Source: Lingula anatina (Eukaryota > Animalia > Brachiopoda). Taken from it: DNA of 64,000 bases. Of this stretch, positions 38,775-52,455 are shown in pieces (the first letter of the stretch is position 1; every line of letters starts with the position of its first letter). The position numbers were made by a program, and so were the translations under genes. The stretch covers positions 10,168,001 to 10,232,000 of the forward strand of contig CM120641.1 of assembly GCA_051362555.1 (NCBI GenBank), read 5' to 3'. The notes below the pieces were generated by a model. It was not told where the DNA came from. It searched no databases and saw only the letters and a program-made list of their open reading frames with translations.

Positions 38775-41700
38775 ATACTTAAGAGAGGCAGGAGAAGGGG
38801 TGCAGCATTGAGTGTTTTCACCTTTCCTTGCTCTAACATGGCACAACATGTGTTTTCACACCTGGTTTTTAGGCACAGGTCAAAAATTCAGCATTCATCA
38901 ATCTACTGCTGAAATATAGTAAAGTGTTGTGGAATATCTTGATAAATGAATGGTTAAAGGGATTCTGAAGAGTCAGGATATTATTTTTCTATATATATAT
39001 ATACTTGACTACAAAGGTAATAAAAAACATATCCCAACTGAGGCATTTTTAACATCAAATCATTTTGCATCACCAGTGTTGTCATATCAAATTTTGTACT
39101 TCATCCAAACTATACAGTGCCATTAGATGCTTGCCTTAGACATAAAATTGTTCAGATCTAATACAGTGTAGGTCTTCATGCCAAACTCTATCATAGGACA
39201 CATATCCCATCAATAAAAACTGTTCAGTTCCACAACAGTGACAATAACACTAGTACCTACACCAGTCTATTGAAAAAAAAAAAAAAAACTCAAACATCAA
39301 AAGAACCAAACTGTTTAAAAACTACTACAAGAACTGATAAAAGACATGGCTTGCTTTACTTACAATAAAATCTGTACAAATGCAATGTGACTGCTGTGAG
39401 GTTGCCCAGTTCAAAAGAATACCTGGGCACTGTTCCATATTGTTCACCTCTGTCAGTTCCAATATAGCAACTGGAATCACTGAGCACATCAGGAGACATG
39501 AAGATATTTTGCCTCAATACTCACTGTGTGTATGCAATCTTGACTTGCACTCAAACTTCGATTTATCAAATGATGATCATTGTATACTCATGGCAAAAAT
39601 GCCAATTCTATATTAAACTCTGGGAAAAAGCATTTACTTATCTATTACAATGATACTCACTGATAAATGTTCTTTCTAACTTTGTAAATTTGGATTAGAA
39701 AAAAACTGAAGTGCTGATTGCTTTACCATCCAGACTTGCTCCTGTCAGTGTTCTGAGAGCAAGACCCACACTTCTCTGTCAGTTGCACTTGGTCTACTAA
39801 CACCAGGACAGAGTTTATACAGGCCAAACTTCCTGTACAAAACATTTGTATTCAAACCTGGTAGGAAAGGACCTCTGAGAATACTTTAAAAGAAACCCAG
39901 AACAGAGGAAGTGAATACAGTGAGGCTGTCTAGCATCATTGCCACAAACATCAGAAATCCATTAGCTGAGAGTGTGCTGAACAAAATGGCCACCAGTCAA
40001 ATGGTCATCTTGATGACATAATTCAGTCTTTATTTCTCTAATTGATCTGAAGAAAAATGATGCAGGGGCACGGCCAATGGCTTTAGCAATATGGCAGATG
40101 CATCATCTTTAAGTTGCTGAAGATCAATAGCATTAAATAGAGATTTCTTTCTCTTTTGTAGCTTTCAGCAGCTCTGTTATTCTTTTAAATATTACACTCT
40201 AATGGCTATTAAGCAATGACAACACCCACAAAATGATGTTCTAAAATGAAAAATGCATCTTATGACCACTTGCCAGAAAATATTTTACAAAGAATCATCA
40301 AAGCCTTGGCTACTTCAACCACAGTATATCTAAACATCTACACATGCTGCAACAAAACAGGCATTTATCTCCACCCAACCTTGTATTGATTTCCTTAGCT
40401 GTCTACGTGAACTTTCACATAAATACTACACTTTTCCTGCCCTTCATTATTTTGTTTTTGACATCAACCTAGTATGATCTGTTTTGCAGGTTCAGACAGC
40501 AAAGTGCACTGCCAGATTTCAAGCTACTGATGTATGCAAACTTTGCTGCAGTTGATATTATCATTAGGTTTGGGAAGAAAAAATGTTAGGAGGGCAAGCT
40601 ACAGTAACAATTTCGGACAGAGATACTCTCTAAAACATTCAAAAATAGGCAACTTCCTTTACTTTAGCACATGTGGGAAACAGTTCTACAAAATACTATC
40701 CATCTAAAAATAAGACAGACACAAAAAGCAAAGCAGACAATTTATATCACCCAACTATTATATTGTTAGTATAGTGATAAAAATATAATAAAATATCACA
40801 AAAGACTGAGACACTGCCATAATTTTGTTACTGACATACCAGCTACATACTTGTGTCTATTCACTAATAGACAAAACTAAAAATATGCTGTAAATCATTA
40901 CATCCCCAATCTTTTATTGGATACAACCAATTTGACAGTACAATTTCTCCACAGACTATTTTCCTTTCTCAGACCAAAGTTGCAAGATAGAAACTCCACA
41001 AAGGCAAGGTCTACACCTTTTATCTGTAAAATAATTGATTTTAGAGTATCATCTTACAATTCCTCTAAGGGAACACAGCATTGATTATCTTTCTTTTTAC
41101 TGCTTGTTTGCTGACTTCTTCCATGTAAACTGACACTGAATGCGAAGTAGACATATTCCCTTACGCACCTTCCAAGTGAAACTGTATCAGCTGCCTTGAA
41201 GTGTCCTCCAGTAATCGAGGGAAATGTTTGCCTGCTGTGTCTGACAATGTAGATTGGGAAACATGCACCAACAACATAATAGAACAGATCATGAGGTATC
41301 AAGCTACTTTCCCAAGCAAACATACCAGATGCTGTCTATTCATGTAACAATGATGTAAGATCTGTATGTTATTTGTCTGGCAAACTGACATCAGTCATAA
41401 TATATATCTTCATTGTCTCAGACCAAACAAGATGAGGATGATATTTTCCAAATTCCAAGTTTTCTTATTCTTAAAATAAGGTTGTCAATCCTTTTCATCA
41501 CATAAGAAATATCATCGTCATGCCTTATGGACTACTTAAAGTACAAAGTGAATGCACATGCTGAAATAAGAGGAATCACTGCTGAAAACTCCTGGATAAA
41601 CTAATTGACTGATCTTTCATTCCGAACGGTCCCAAATTGCTTACCTTTTGCTAGGGTTATGTTGTAGCTCCTTCCTCACATTTTATGTTTACAAAACTAA

Positions 41701-44700
41701 CTTTCCCTTGCCACTGTTGGTGATGAAAGCAATATAAGCCACCTCTTACTGTTTATTGCCTGCGCTTTATAAATGTGCTCCTCTTAACATCAATATCCTT
41801 TTTTTCCCCATTCTACATTTCTTTAAACATAGCCTCAAAAAAATCCATTTTTACCTCTCTCTGTCTAAATCTTGGATGTAGTTGTAGTTTTCCCTATCAA
41901 GGCTGCCACTGTGTCTCTTAGAGGGGCTACCACTGGGGGAGCTGTTCTGCAACTTGTGCCCTCCACTACCAGTAGAGTGTGAGCTCAAGCTGACATCATC
42001 TTGGGGTAGGAAAGGGGCTGCAGCGTTGTTCTCCTCTGAGCTGTTATCATCTGAAAGGGAGAGAGTTTGAATAACCTAGTTAGTTCTTTCAGTACAAGAC
42101 AAAGATACATTGTTATCAGGTACCCAGAAACTGTTGTCCATCAGGTTATGTTCTCAACTGGTCTAACTTAGATCAGATGTCACCAGACATTGAGATAATT
42201 ACTCCCCCCCTTCATAATTAGATTTTGAAATCCAATGAGCAACCTGAACATCTAACATATATTGGACTTAATGTTCCATTAAGTTACAGTTTCAGGCTGA
42301 TTTCTCCATCCCCTAGCAATCTTATCATCTGCAGGGGATAATGCGGTAAGCTTTCAAGTGGGTTAGCCATATTCTATCTAAGGATCCTTAGTACGCAGAT
42401 CAACAATGTAAGTATGGCAAAAATTCCTCAATTTTATGCAAAGTCACGAGACTATGGGCTGTCAAAAGTATCTCATTAGTTCAGCAATGGTTCATGTTGT
42501 ACTTATGGGCCCTTGCATTCTTTGCTACTCCTAACATTTTTTTTCATAACTAAATACATCCTGATCTACAAATTCTACTTACAAGAGCCACATGTATTTC
42601 ATATTATTTAGGAAGACTTAATTAAATACAGTGCACAGGTTAAATGAGGGTCTACTCTGCTATTATTTCCACTAATAAGGCATGCCTTAGGTTTGTTTAC
42701 TTTGTGTGACTGCAACCTTTTGCTAGTGAAATAGTGACCCAGTGAGGTAAAATTAAAGTTGATAACTTTTGTAAGAAAATGTATCAAGTGATACTGGCCA
42801 CAGGGTATTTATATCTGGGGGCATTATAAATATCACTCAGACAATACTGTTATTATAACCAAGACTTTTTAAAAAAATTATTTGCTAGATTTTACAATTA
42901 CGTGTGTATGTTGGCAGAAACTGGAGTCATCCTATCAAAAGTAGGTTGGGAATTGATAGTTAACAATAAATAAACTTAGCCATAGTGATGTAACACATAA
43001 TTGTTAGAGGTGGGGTGTATAATATTCCAAATATAATATAAAACTAATTAATAAAAATTTGTTGTAATTTCTGAATTCAAACAATGTCTATTAAAAAAGC
43101 ATTTGCATTCTATGTTCAAAGAATAACGACACCAGGGCAGTTAATATATATTCATTATCATACCAATGTCTCTCTTCTTCATCATTATCATTTATCTGCA
43201 ATGAAATTAATTTCAAAATGATCAAACAAAAACAAGTATTTTACATAGATTAAAGACATGACTGATGCAGCTCTCTATACTGTAAGTATTTCAGCCAGAC
43301 AGTAAAACACATATTTCTATTTCACCATCACATTCCCCTTCTACACTATTTCCTAAGGCAAGTGACCATTGAAGTGCCCCATCTGTGCTTTGTTTTGTAC
43401 AACATTTACATTAGCAGCTCCTGCCAAATCAAAACAGCACCAGCAATGTGGTGATCTCTTACCATGTGCTTCTCCCAGCCCTTGGCATAGCATACTTTGT
43501 AAAATCAACTCCCGATGAATCCACCTTTGTTTTCCTTTTATAAACAATTCAATACCTCCCCGGCTGTGTTATCCTTAAAAAGTATGCAACACACACTTGC
43601 CCTAACCAGAAACAGCTAAAGAACAGGACTTATTTTCTTATAAAAATTCCACAAAGCCAACACAAAATATATCTACCTGAATCCATGTTCTCCCCACCTG
43701 CTTTAGGTGTGTTTCACAGTAATGAACATCAGCACAGTTTTACACCCAATATATACACAGGCATAGCAGCGCACTGCACATTCAACATCCATACATTACT
43801 AGGAATACTTCTCTTCTATTTCTGTCCAATCTGAGTCACACGTACAGTGTGAAACAGCACAAGTGCAAACTCACAATCCATGCATATCATTTCAATACAT
43901 TCATCTCCATCAAGTAAAAAAATCAATACATAGATAGTCTGTTTACAGCGCTGTCATTAATAAAATGAATTGTTTGAATGAAAGGTGTGAAAATCCCAAA
44001 CACTCTCATATCAATTCTCTTGAATCAATACATAGCTAACTATTTTCATCACATGGGTGATTTTTTTATTCACCTGTATCAAAATGAATGAGATTTCTGA
44101 ATATTCAGAGATTTGCACCTGGGTATGATGATCAATACAGACAAAGACTTCTTAGTTCACAATTCTCAGCTTGTCTGCATAATGAATCTTAATAACACTT
44201 CGTTTTGTGACGCGAAATGTAATACTTTTATCGTTTTGTTGACAAAAATGGTAAAATCCAATTGGAGAATCAAAAAGACAAAGCATGGAATCTTTAGAAT
44301 AAATAATATTGCATTACATCATTACCTCAAAGTCAATGTTAAAGAGAGTGACCTCATTTCCATATGAATTCTTTGTATTTACTCGGTTCTATTAGAGTGC
44401 CATTTGTTTCAGATATTCATTAATGGATTTCATTGTCCAGTGAACTCTGCAATGGAGATTAGTAGACAAGAGTTGAGTCTAGTCGATAAATCACCTGCTT
44501 TTCCTTGCCATATGGTCTGCTTCTGTGTTTGTGCTTCAGTCTTTAAAGACCTAATGTTCTCTCAGCAATTATATTTGCAATTAGTGTGGAAACAAATATT
44601 GGGAAATTTATCAAAATAGTAATGCATTCACTTTGCCCAATTCCAAAGGAAGAAAATGCAAGGATAATTTCCATAAAAATTTTTCATATAATGAGATAAA

Positions 44701-47700
44701 AGTACTCTTGAGAAATCTAAGTGGTATGGTGGCTCCCAGATGCATCTCTTGTCTGGGAAATGGTTACCATGACAACTAGTCTAACAGGGGTGACTGCATG
44801 TGAAAGAGGAATTACCAATCTATTTTTCAGGTGAACCAGTGGGGTTTCTTTCTTAACAAATGAAGAAATTAAAGGTCACATTCAATTGTTCAAACAAAAA
44901 ACACATAACTGAAACCATACAATTGAAATGGATGGGATGAAATTACAGAAATTCCAACAAAACCTTCACTAAAGACTAAGAAAATATGCCCTTCTCTCTG
45001 AAATCAGTAGCCACTTAAGGGACTGTGTTACTCTTACATGAGGAACTATTGATTCTTTCATGTATAATTTAAAACATTATTCCATGGAAACAAGAGCCAG
45101 CTATCCATCAGGGTCCTTGGAGTCTGTCCTAAGGCTACTGACTTTCATTACTTCGACAGCAAGCAAATATCAAACAATATATTTTTATTAATTCAACACA
45201 CACCTATTCTGTAAAAATCATTATAGGAAACTAAACCAATCTACACATTATTTTCTCTATTGAAGGAAAGAAATGAATTGAAGAGTTTCTCCCTTTCAGT
45301 TTTCAATCCCATATATTAGATAAATACCAGCATGTTTATGGCCACTTTTTCTAAAAATCAAAATAATAACAACCTGGCGATACTTAACCCAACGAGGAAC
45401 TTAAGTTATTATCTTGTTCCAAGGCAAGTAAGACCCTTCCTCTTTCCTTATGCCTTGATTCCACTGTAAGTTGGCTTCCCTACTCTCACAAGACTTGTCT
45501 GTTAAAGCACTTGGCAGGGACCCAAGGGTCCCAATAACCTTACTTGTTATCAACAGCCCACCACTATATATCAGAGGAACTAAGGCTGGTTGGGTAGTTC
45601 AATTCAATCCAATTCAATTCAAATATTACAGTATCATTTATTTCAAATTTCCAGCATGAGTTTGTCAGTCATTCCACACTCGTCATTAGTTGGGGTCCCC
45701 ACAACACACAGCAGGTCACGCTAAAAGAGGGATCAGGTTTTCATTTGATCTACCTGATAGCGCTTGGAGGTCTAAACAACATAGGCGACAAAGTGCTACT
45801 CTGTGCAAGCAAATCTATTACATGCATCAAAGAACTTGCTGAATAACTCTGACCAAATTGGAATATTGTCAGCCAATAAAAAGAAAAAAATGTTCTTTTC
45901 CATATTTCATAAGCATCGTAGATCAAAACAGACATGTTTTTTGTATGGAATATTTTTTATCATATCTATCATCAAATTATAAAATTAACTTTTTAGTGTC
46001 TCAATCAGACTTTTTCAAAGTATCTAGATTTAATCTTCTCATGTAGTTTTGGAAAATCTCTGTCAATGTTATCAATACAGACAAAATCAAGGTGTAAATT
46101 CTTGGTAATGGTCAGAAATTTTAAAGCAAACTAAATCCCTGATAAACCTCATTCTAGCTCTTATCTGAGAAGATGGAGCTATAGAATTGGGATCATATAC
46201 AAAAAAGAAACTGAAGAATACAGCAAACAAACTCATCTTACCTTCACCTCTAAAATAAAATTAAAAGCAACATAACAAAAACTCACCTCATTGCACTATA
46301 AACCATACAGTACTGTCTGGTCTTGTTTTCACAAACATCAGCACTCAGAAAGTTCTTAAAACTCCCTTATACATCACCACCATATTGGAGACTTGAAGCA
46401 TCACTTTGTAACTATTATCCAGAATCACAATTATCCCATTGTTAACTATCAGTTATGATTCCATAATTAGAGGCTAGTATCACTTCCCTGAGGGCAATAA
46501 AAGATCACCAATGTCAGGTATAAGAGGTGCCACGATGTCAAAGGGTATTGTTTACTTTGATAAATGACTGCTTTGAAGTCCACCCTCAACCTGCGATAAT
46601 AAGCCAAGAAGGTGAAACGGAGATGATAGTGCAGGCATGAACTTTGTTCCTGGGGGTTTTGATCAAATACTCCTGTTTGATCGCTGATTTTAAGGGCAGG
46701 AAATACCTCTACTTATATCTTCAAAGGGAAAAAGCTAACAAGGTAAAAGTATATTGAAGTCATGTGCACTTCAAATCTAACAATGCTGTCCTTAAAAGGG
46801 GGGAACATGTCTGTATTCACCACAGTTAAGTGAATGGTAATGTTTTAAATATTGGATATTACCAATAGATCTGTTATCACACCTCTACAGATTCAGTAAT
46901 ATAAACATACCAATACAATGTCCATTCCACACATTACATACAAAAGCAAACAAACAATAAAGTGTATAAATAAATAAACCCATTGGTTCTTTCAATAAGG
47001 GAAACCCAGTACCAATCATATTTAGGGCTTCAGAACCCAGTAATACAACTGCCATTCATTCAACATAATGTTTACAGTAACCTTTCAAATGCTTTTACAT
47101 AACAACTTGTCAGTTAGTGAGAAAATTTTGAACTTCCTGTCTGTGCTTTTAGCTTTTCCAGAAATTATTTCAGAAACTGTAAAGAGGATGCCAGCCCTGT
47201 TCAATGATATTTTACACTGGGTGGCAATAGTTGATTAGGACAGCAATAAACTATAAACACTCTAGAGATATTATAAATCACACCTATATGTAGACAATAT
47301 TAAGCAGAACTGGTAGTTAATCATGGGTGTCTCCTACATAAAAGATGAATCAACATCTTCAAAAACTTACCTGCAGGCTCAATAAACCTACACCCCTAAA
47401 AACACAATTTCAAATGAGTTTTTCTTCTATTTGTGAACAAGAAAGAAGGAATTTCCGTTCCTATAACATAAGAGAGTTTCAAAAAGACATGACTTGCCAG
47501 TGAAGACAATCAAGCAGAAAACAACAGAGCAAGGTGAAAATCATTCCAGTTCCTTTACGAAGCCATTCTGTAATAACATAACATACCTTATATACCTGCT
47601 GCCCAGCCACTAACAAGGTTATTACCCAAGACTGACCACTGACCACTTGGTCAGCTAACAAGATCTGTCAACTACAATATACTCTGGTCTTTCTAACATG

Positions 47701-50700
47701 CAAGTCCACCAGGCTGTTGTTATCTGATGAAACTGATACCGACACCCCCTGCCAGAGGAAAAACAACCTCAAAGATGTCTAGGATGTATCAACATAGAGA
47801 CAAAGTTCTATGGATCCAGCTTGGTTCAGGAATTTTTTTTCAAATTAAAACGCAGCAGTTCAGCGATAAGAATGACTTGCCCTGCCAAGTCAAGGATCAG
47901 TGCTAAATGTTGATTGCAATAGAAGTATGAAGAAGTAAAGAAGCTTTTGTGTTTCTCCCTCGGCCTGTAAAGCAGGACCTGGCTTTATTACACGTGAACA
48001 TGGCTCTTCAAAAATAACAATATTAGGCAATCCCACAATACTTGTCTTTCTGTCCCAGTCTTTACACTTGGCTCCTTCCATCGAGAGATTTATAAAGACT
48101 ATCAGCTTGTTTAATCTAACACCCCAACCCTCGTGGCCTACCTTTTCAGTGCTGCAGCAAAAGAAGGTTGCGCCCAGGTGAGCCGGGATAATACTACCCC
48201 CATTTGTAACCTTCTCTAATGAACAAATTTATTCTGTTACATCCAAATTGAAGTATACAATAATGCAAGGTTTCTAATTTAGTGTTTAAACAGATCAGGA
48301 TTGGAATAATGCCCTCTCTGTTGCTTAACATGGAGCAGATAAATTTGAGCAAATACTCAAGACTTTGGTATCTGGTGAGAGATAAAAGGGGGACTGGGTC
48401 CAGATGCCTTACCTTATAGATCATTTGGTGGCATTTGCCACACCACTGACTTACAACATTTTCTCCTTTTATACCAAAAATTCCTGTTTCAAAATCAAAG
48501 AATACAACAAAGTAATACAATGCAAACAAGTTGCTAACAGGTTTGTGTGACTTTCATGATACTTGCTGACTTTGTTCCAAGTCGCTCTTTCTAGTCATTC
48601 ACACTTTGTACTGGACTGCTCTTTTGTTTGCTTTGCTTAAAAAATGATTAAGCAAAATGGGGAAAACTTCAAAGATAAAAGAGAATACAAATCAGATCAA
48701 ACACAGCGCAGCTAAAGTAATTTCAAGCCTGCCAAAAACCACCTTTGTATAAAACCAGCAGCCTGACTGTGCTTTATAAAGAAACAATCAGCAATTTCAG
48801 CACATACATATATATTTGATGAAAACTGTTATTTCATTGCAACAATACTTTAAAAACAAAATGTCAAACAAATGTTGGTGGATGGATCACAAATCAAACA
48901 GTTTTGACACAAGGATAACTACTGCATACGCAAAAAATAATTTTCCACAAATCATCTTTTAACCAGTAAAAAACTCAAGCCAAACATGACAAGAAATTCA
49001 GTGTGGTCAATTCATGTTGCACTGACCAGTAAATACATACCCTGAGACCAGACATTCCACAAACAGACTCACCTTATTTTTGCACATCAGCCTACAGGAA
49101 TGGAAGCAGTTGTGAACTAACTTGTGATCAATATCCCTTACTGAATAGATTACCATACACAAAATGTCTACCAGGTGGCAGCACATGATGGGGCAAATTT
49201 TTCTAACTGAATAAAACCTAGTTCACAACCTGTGACTGACAGATAGCCATCGGTTAACTTTCACTGTGCTTGGTCCTCCAGGTAATATATTTCACTACTT
49301 TCTTCTACCTTCAAACGTTTCACTCTGTGTTCATCTGTAGAACTACCAGCAAGCAGAGGGTACAGTGAGTTCATAGACTGACACTCTCACACCCGGTCAC
49401 TAGATAGTCAACACACTAATCCTATGTCAACTTACTGCAATGATATGATATCATTCCAGCCATTATTAGTCAATGAGATATTACCTGGGTAATCCTCTTA
49501 GCCATTTCTTTATTGCCTTCCTAATCTGCCACAAGTAGCAATTATTAGGCTTAAGTTCCTACATATATTATGCATGAAACAAATTGTGGAAAACTCTTGA
49601 TATTTGATTGCATTTCGAGGCAGGGAATTACACACCATAACTTAGATCAGCTTCTTGAACTTCAATGATATAAGTGGCAGTTTCCCGGCTACCACCTCAT
49701 TTACTTTACTATACATCATCTTAGGCTACCATTTCAGTTATATTCTCCTCAAAACAAATCACAGGAAATTCATATAAGTAAACGGAAACATTTTTTGATA
49801 GCTACAGGTCTTGTTCACAGCAGCACTTACTTTGAACGAAAGCAGTCTGCTTCAGACTCTTAGACTCCAGGACCGCCATCATGCCTTAGAATTATAATCC
49901 CATATTGACCAATCTGGTAGTGATATCATTAAGTCCACTTCCAATTTAATTCAGACTTGTTGTGAATGCAACTTTACATAGAACCAAATGATACTATAGG
50001 ATATATCAAAAACTTGGACTTTTCTTTGGTCCCACAAACGAGGATGATATACATGCAAATGGTGTTTGTGTATGGGAGAAGAAGAAGAGTTTTATTGCAT
50101 ATTATATTTGATGATTAAATGGCTGATTGAGTTCTGACAAAATCCATGCATTGATTAGGTCTCCAGGGACATCTGTTAATTAAACAGTAATTAGAAAGCT
50201 ATCTTGGATGGTATGACAAATGACAAAGCTTCCCACTGAACAGATGGGTAGCTTAATTCAATGATTTTTCATGATAAATTAAGCAAAATTATACTGAGTG
50301 ACATTTTCATAGATCAACCATATTTATTTTGAGAATATTCCAAAGCTTATGAGTCTACCTTCATAATTAATGACTAATGTGTACCAACATGCCACACCAT
50401 CATTGACCAGTATTGCATCCCTTTTGCCATGGTCTTACTCTTCTATTCTATTCCTTCTATCTATTCTTCTATTTTTCAAAAAGGCAAAATGAATTTAAAC
50501 ACCTTACCATGGTTGGAATTCTGATCCACGGTCCCCAAGAAAGGTGACAAGCCTATATTGAGTAGTGCCTCCCCCTTGTGTCCTGCAGGCTGTTCTTCCT
50601 CCCCTTCCTCTCCCTCCTCATCAGTCATAACTGTACTGAGATGAGACAGGACATCTTTCATGCTGCAGGCCTCGCTCTCCAGCTGGGTGAGATGACTGGA

Positions 50701-50796
50701 GTTGTCCTCTAGTTCTCGCTTCAGGTTGGTGTTCTCGATCTTCAGGGACTCCACCTGCCTGATCAGGTCATCGTAGGAGTGGAACTGCTGAGCCAT
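10748..50796 (-). CDS. APC: Adenomatous polyposis coli protein (Wnt destruction-complex scaffold), 13 coding exons, ~3708 aa
   Basis: Contains the N-terminal coiled coil (SYDDLIRQVESLKIENTNLKRELEDNSSHL), TRRQLEYE, LGTK|VEMVYSLLSMLGTHDKDDMSRTLLAMSSS, ARM repeats, 15-aa and 20-aa repeats, SAMP repeats, a basic region and a C-terminal VTTV. The exons join in frame (11127 nt). Confidence 0.98.
12073..16275 (-). CDS. APC: APC coding exon 12 (4203 nt; SAMP2/3, 20-aa repeats, acidic and basic regions)
   Basis: EELLSSMIQAAMP, EGTPxxFSRNSSLSSL repeats, LLDQCISSAMP, PRIVKP, LIKQGTFTKE; phase-1 flanks. Confidence 0.96.
17032..21252 (-). CDS. APC: APC coding exon 11 (4221 nt; ARM repeats, 15-aa and 20-aa repeats, SAMP1)
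   Basis: GGLQAIAELL...RRYACMALTNLTFGD...SVLRNLSWRAD...ACGTLWNISAR; SPSDLPDSP; LLLQCITSAMP. Confidence 0.97.
21463..21564 (-). CDS. APC: APC coding exon 10
   Basis: HHPGPAIAALMKLSFDEEHRHAICTLG|gtaagt. Confidence 0.96.
21844..22107 (-). CDS. APC: APC coding exon 9
   Basis: CLPLLVSLLHG...ARARAAAALHNIVHSHPDDKRGRREARVLRLLEQIRAHC. I chose the donor G|gtgaga from several nearby phase-1 candidates. Confidence 0.9.
22404..22521 (-). CDS. APC: APC coding exon 8
   Basis: VEMVYSLLSMLGTHDKDDMSRTLLAMSSSPDSCIAMRQSG. Confidence 0.97.
24559..24689 (-). CDS. APC: APC coding exon 7
   Basis: NQETASVMSFNSS...QQLGTK|gtaagc, homologous to vertebrate ETASVLSS...HLGTK. Confidence 0.93.
25420..25585 (-). CDS. APC: APC coding exon 6 (linker)
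   Basis: tttcag|GLAPRTVPDRR...MMYHGSWPISQG|gtagga. It supplies the phase 0-to-1 change the next exon needs; the acceptor position is less certain. Confidence 0.72.
25831..26253. repeat. Perfect 423-bp palindrome (211-bp inverted arms, 1-nt spacer at 26042) in an APC intron
   Basis: Left arm acttgtgaagattc...gctcagtct, centre c, right arm agactgagc...gaatcttcacaagt. The C9 and G9 runs match, and the ORF track shows mirror-image translations on the two strands. Confidence 0.97.
26443..26544 (-). CDS. APC: APC coding exon 5 (poorly conserved linker)
   Basis: ttttag acceptor, HEKEKRDSGSCDHNEREQDGIVVMDAATNTFNAQ, CAG|gtaaga donor; phase 0-0. Confidence 0.75.
28513..28701 (-). CDS. APC: APC coding exon 4
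   Basis: YNLQADMTRRQLEYELKRLQLAMERHLG...ARLQRIRMIEAEM; GT-AG flanks. Confidence 0.95.
33927..33988. repeat. (TC)n microsatellite, about 31 units
   Basis: Read directly. Confidence 0.97.
34770..34878 (-). CDS. APC: APC coding exon 3
   Basis: NNILKDIESEEKHRQWYYEQLEDLNNKLKNLPFTEE matches the APC WYYAQL motif; 109 nt; donor gtaaga. Confidence 0.95.
38723..38777. repeat. (ATAA)n microsatellite
   Basis: Read directly. Confidence 0.95.
41855..42050 (-). CDS. APC: APC coding exon 2
   Basis: tttcag acceptor; DDNSSEEN...ENYNYIQDLDRER (compare vertebrate YLEELEKER); phase-2 donor gtaaaa. Confidence 0.88.
44763..44776. promoter_or_regulatory. RFX X-box-like motif in an APC intron
   Basis: GTTACCATGACAAC is close to the palindromic X-box consensus GTTNCCATGGNAAC; function not shown. 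Confidence 0.35.
50508..50796 (-). CDS. APC: APC coding exon 1 (N-terminal oligomerisation coiled coil)
   Basis: gccATGG start, MAQQFHSYDDLIRQVESLKIENTNLKRELEDNSSHLTQLE; phase-1 donor gtaagg. Confidence 0.95.
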
Positions 50797-52455
50797 GGCT
50801 TCAGCTTACCTGAGGATGATAAGGATATTTTTGAGTTTTAAAAAGTTGTAATTCGAATGCTAGCTTAATTTATCGAGAAGTAAGTATAAATGTAACTTTA
50901 TTGCTGAAATAAAAATAATAATTTTTTTTTGTCTTTTTTTCAGACCATTTAAAAGAAAATATCTGAAACATAATTATGTTTTATATAGGTTAATTTCACA
51001 CACACACACAAACAAACGCACACACAAGTACTAATTTCCAGTTGCCTTTTTGAGAAAACTTGAACTACTGTAATGCTACAAATAATGCTCCTATTGAGCA
51101 TGTATCTCACTGAAATGTGTTAATTTCCTGCTAATGTCAGCAATTTCCTTAAACCTTTCACTCCTTTACTGTTAGTCATGTAATTTTCTGACACTAAAAA
51201 AAGTATCACATCTTAGATCCATTTAAAACAAAATATATCTGTAACATCAAATGTAATATAGGGTAACAATTGTACTTCACCAGTCATATATCACAAATTC
51301 TGTATAAATAAAAAAACACAATCTATCATTGCATTAGATGTGATCATAAAACCTTATACTATCACAATCCTATCTGTGTTTTTTTTTTTTTTTTCAAAAC
51401 AACCAACACCTGGAGTATACCAAGTATGCCAGGGAGAACCAATTAATTATGCAACACAGGTTGTGAACACGCAATAAGCAACTTTGTTAATTGAATTTCT
51501 ACCGGTGCCAGACTGTATTGGGACAATAACTGCCATGTTAATTTGATTGTGAGAGCTTGTAACACTCTCCAGACAAGTGGGAGAACAAAGCATGATCTAT
51601 TTTTCATCCTCACATCTAGATATGTCCTTTAGTATGTATTTCTTGTGTGTTAATGTTCAGTCACCATGGATATCTATGATCATCACATATCTTTCAATAC
51701 CTAACTGATACGATTTAACATTTCCCAGGCCTTGTATTAGAAAATTGACATGTTTCATAATTTCAAATTATCCACGTCAAATTTTCTCAACAGATCAATA
51801 AAGAAAAGAAGAGATCCAAACTTGGGCAGCTCCCTGTGTTTGTACTGTCCTTCAAAGTTAATTGCTTGGAAGAGGAAAAACAACTGGTGTGAGTGTTATG
51901 AATCTTTCATGAACTTTTGACACCAGCAAAAACAGCTCTCGTCCACTTCATAGGTACAAAAACACTCCAGAAAACATTTGACAGTGGCCTACCACAACAT
52001 ACTGTTATAAAAGACCAAAAGGTGTTAGGCCTTCACATGGCCTAATGCAGGTTCTGGTTATGTTTTCCTTAAAGAAATAAATATAATTTCATCATTATCA
52101 CAGCTTTCTCGCTTCTTAATCAATTTTGGCTAAAATGTTAGCTATTTGGCTAAAACAGTTGAACCAGCTTAGAGAAAGCTAAGCTTGCACTAAAACAAAG
52201 AGCAAAGGTGTTAGACCTCAATAATATTATAGATAATCAATGTTATTCAAGGCAAGCTGTTGTTCCTGATTTTAACTTAAGAATACCCATGATTACAATG
52301 GGATCATTATCTAATATCACACCACTACAGCAGGTGTTAGTTGAACACACACAATATCTCATCTCAATTAATACTTTGTAAAATTTCCCAACTTAGTTCA
52401 CACAGCTTTTTAGTCGTATCTTTTACTCAAAGATGGAAGACACAATCCTCCATAA

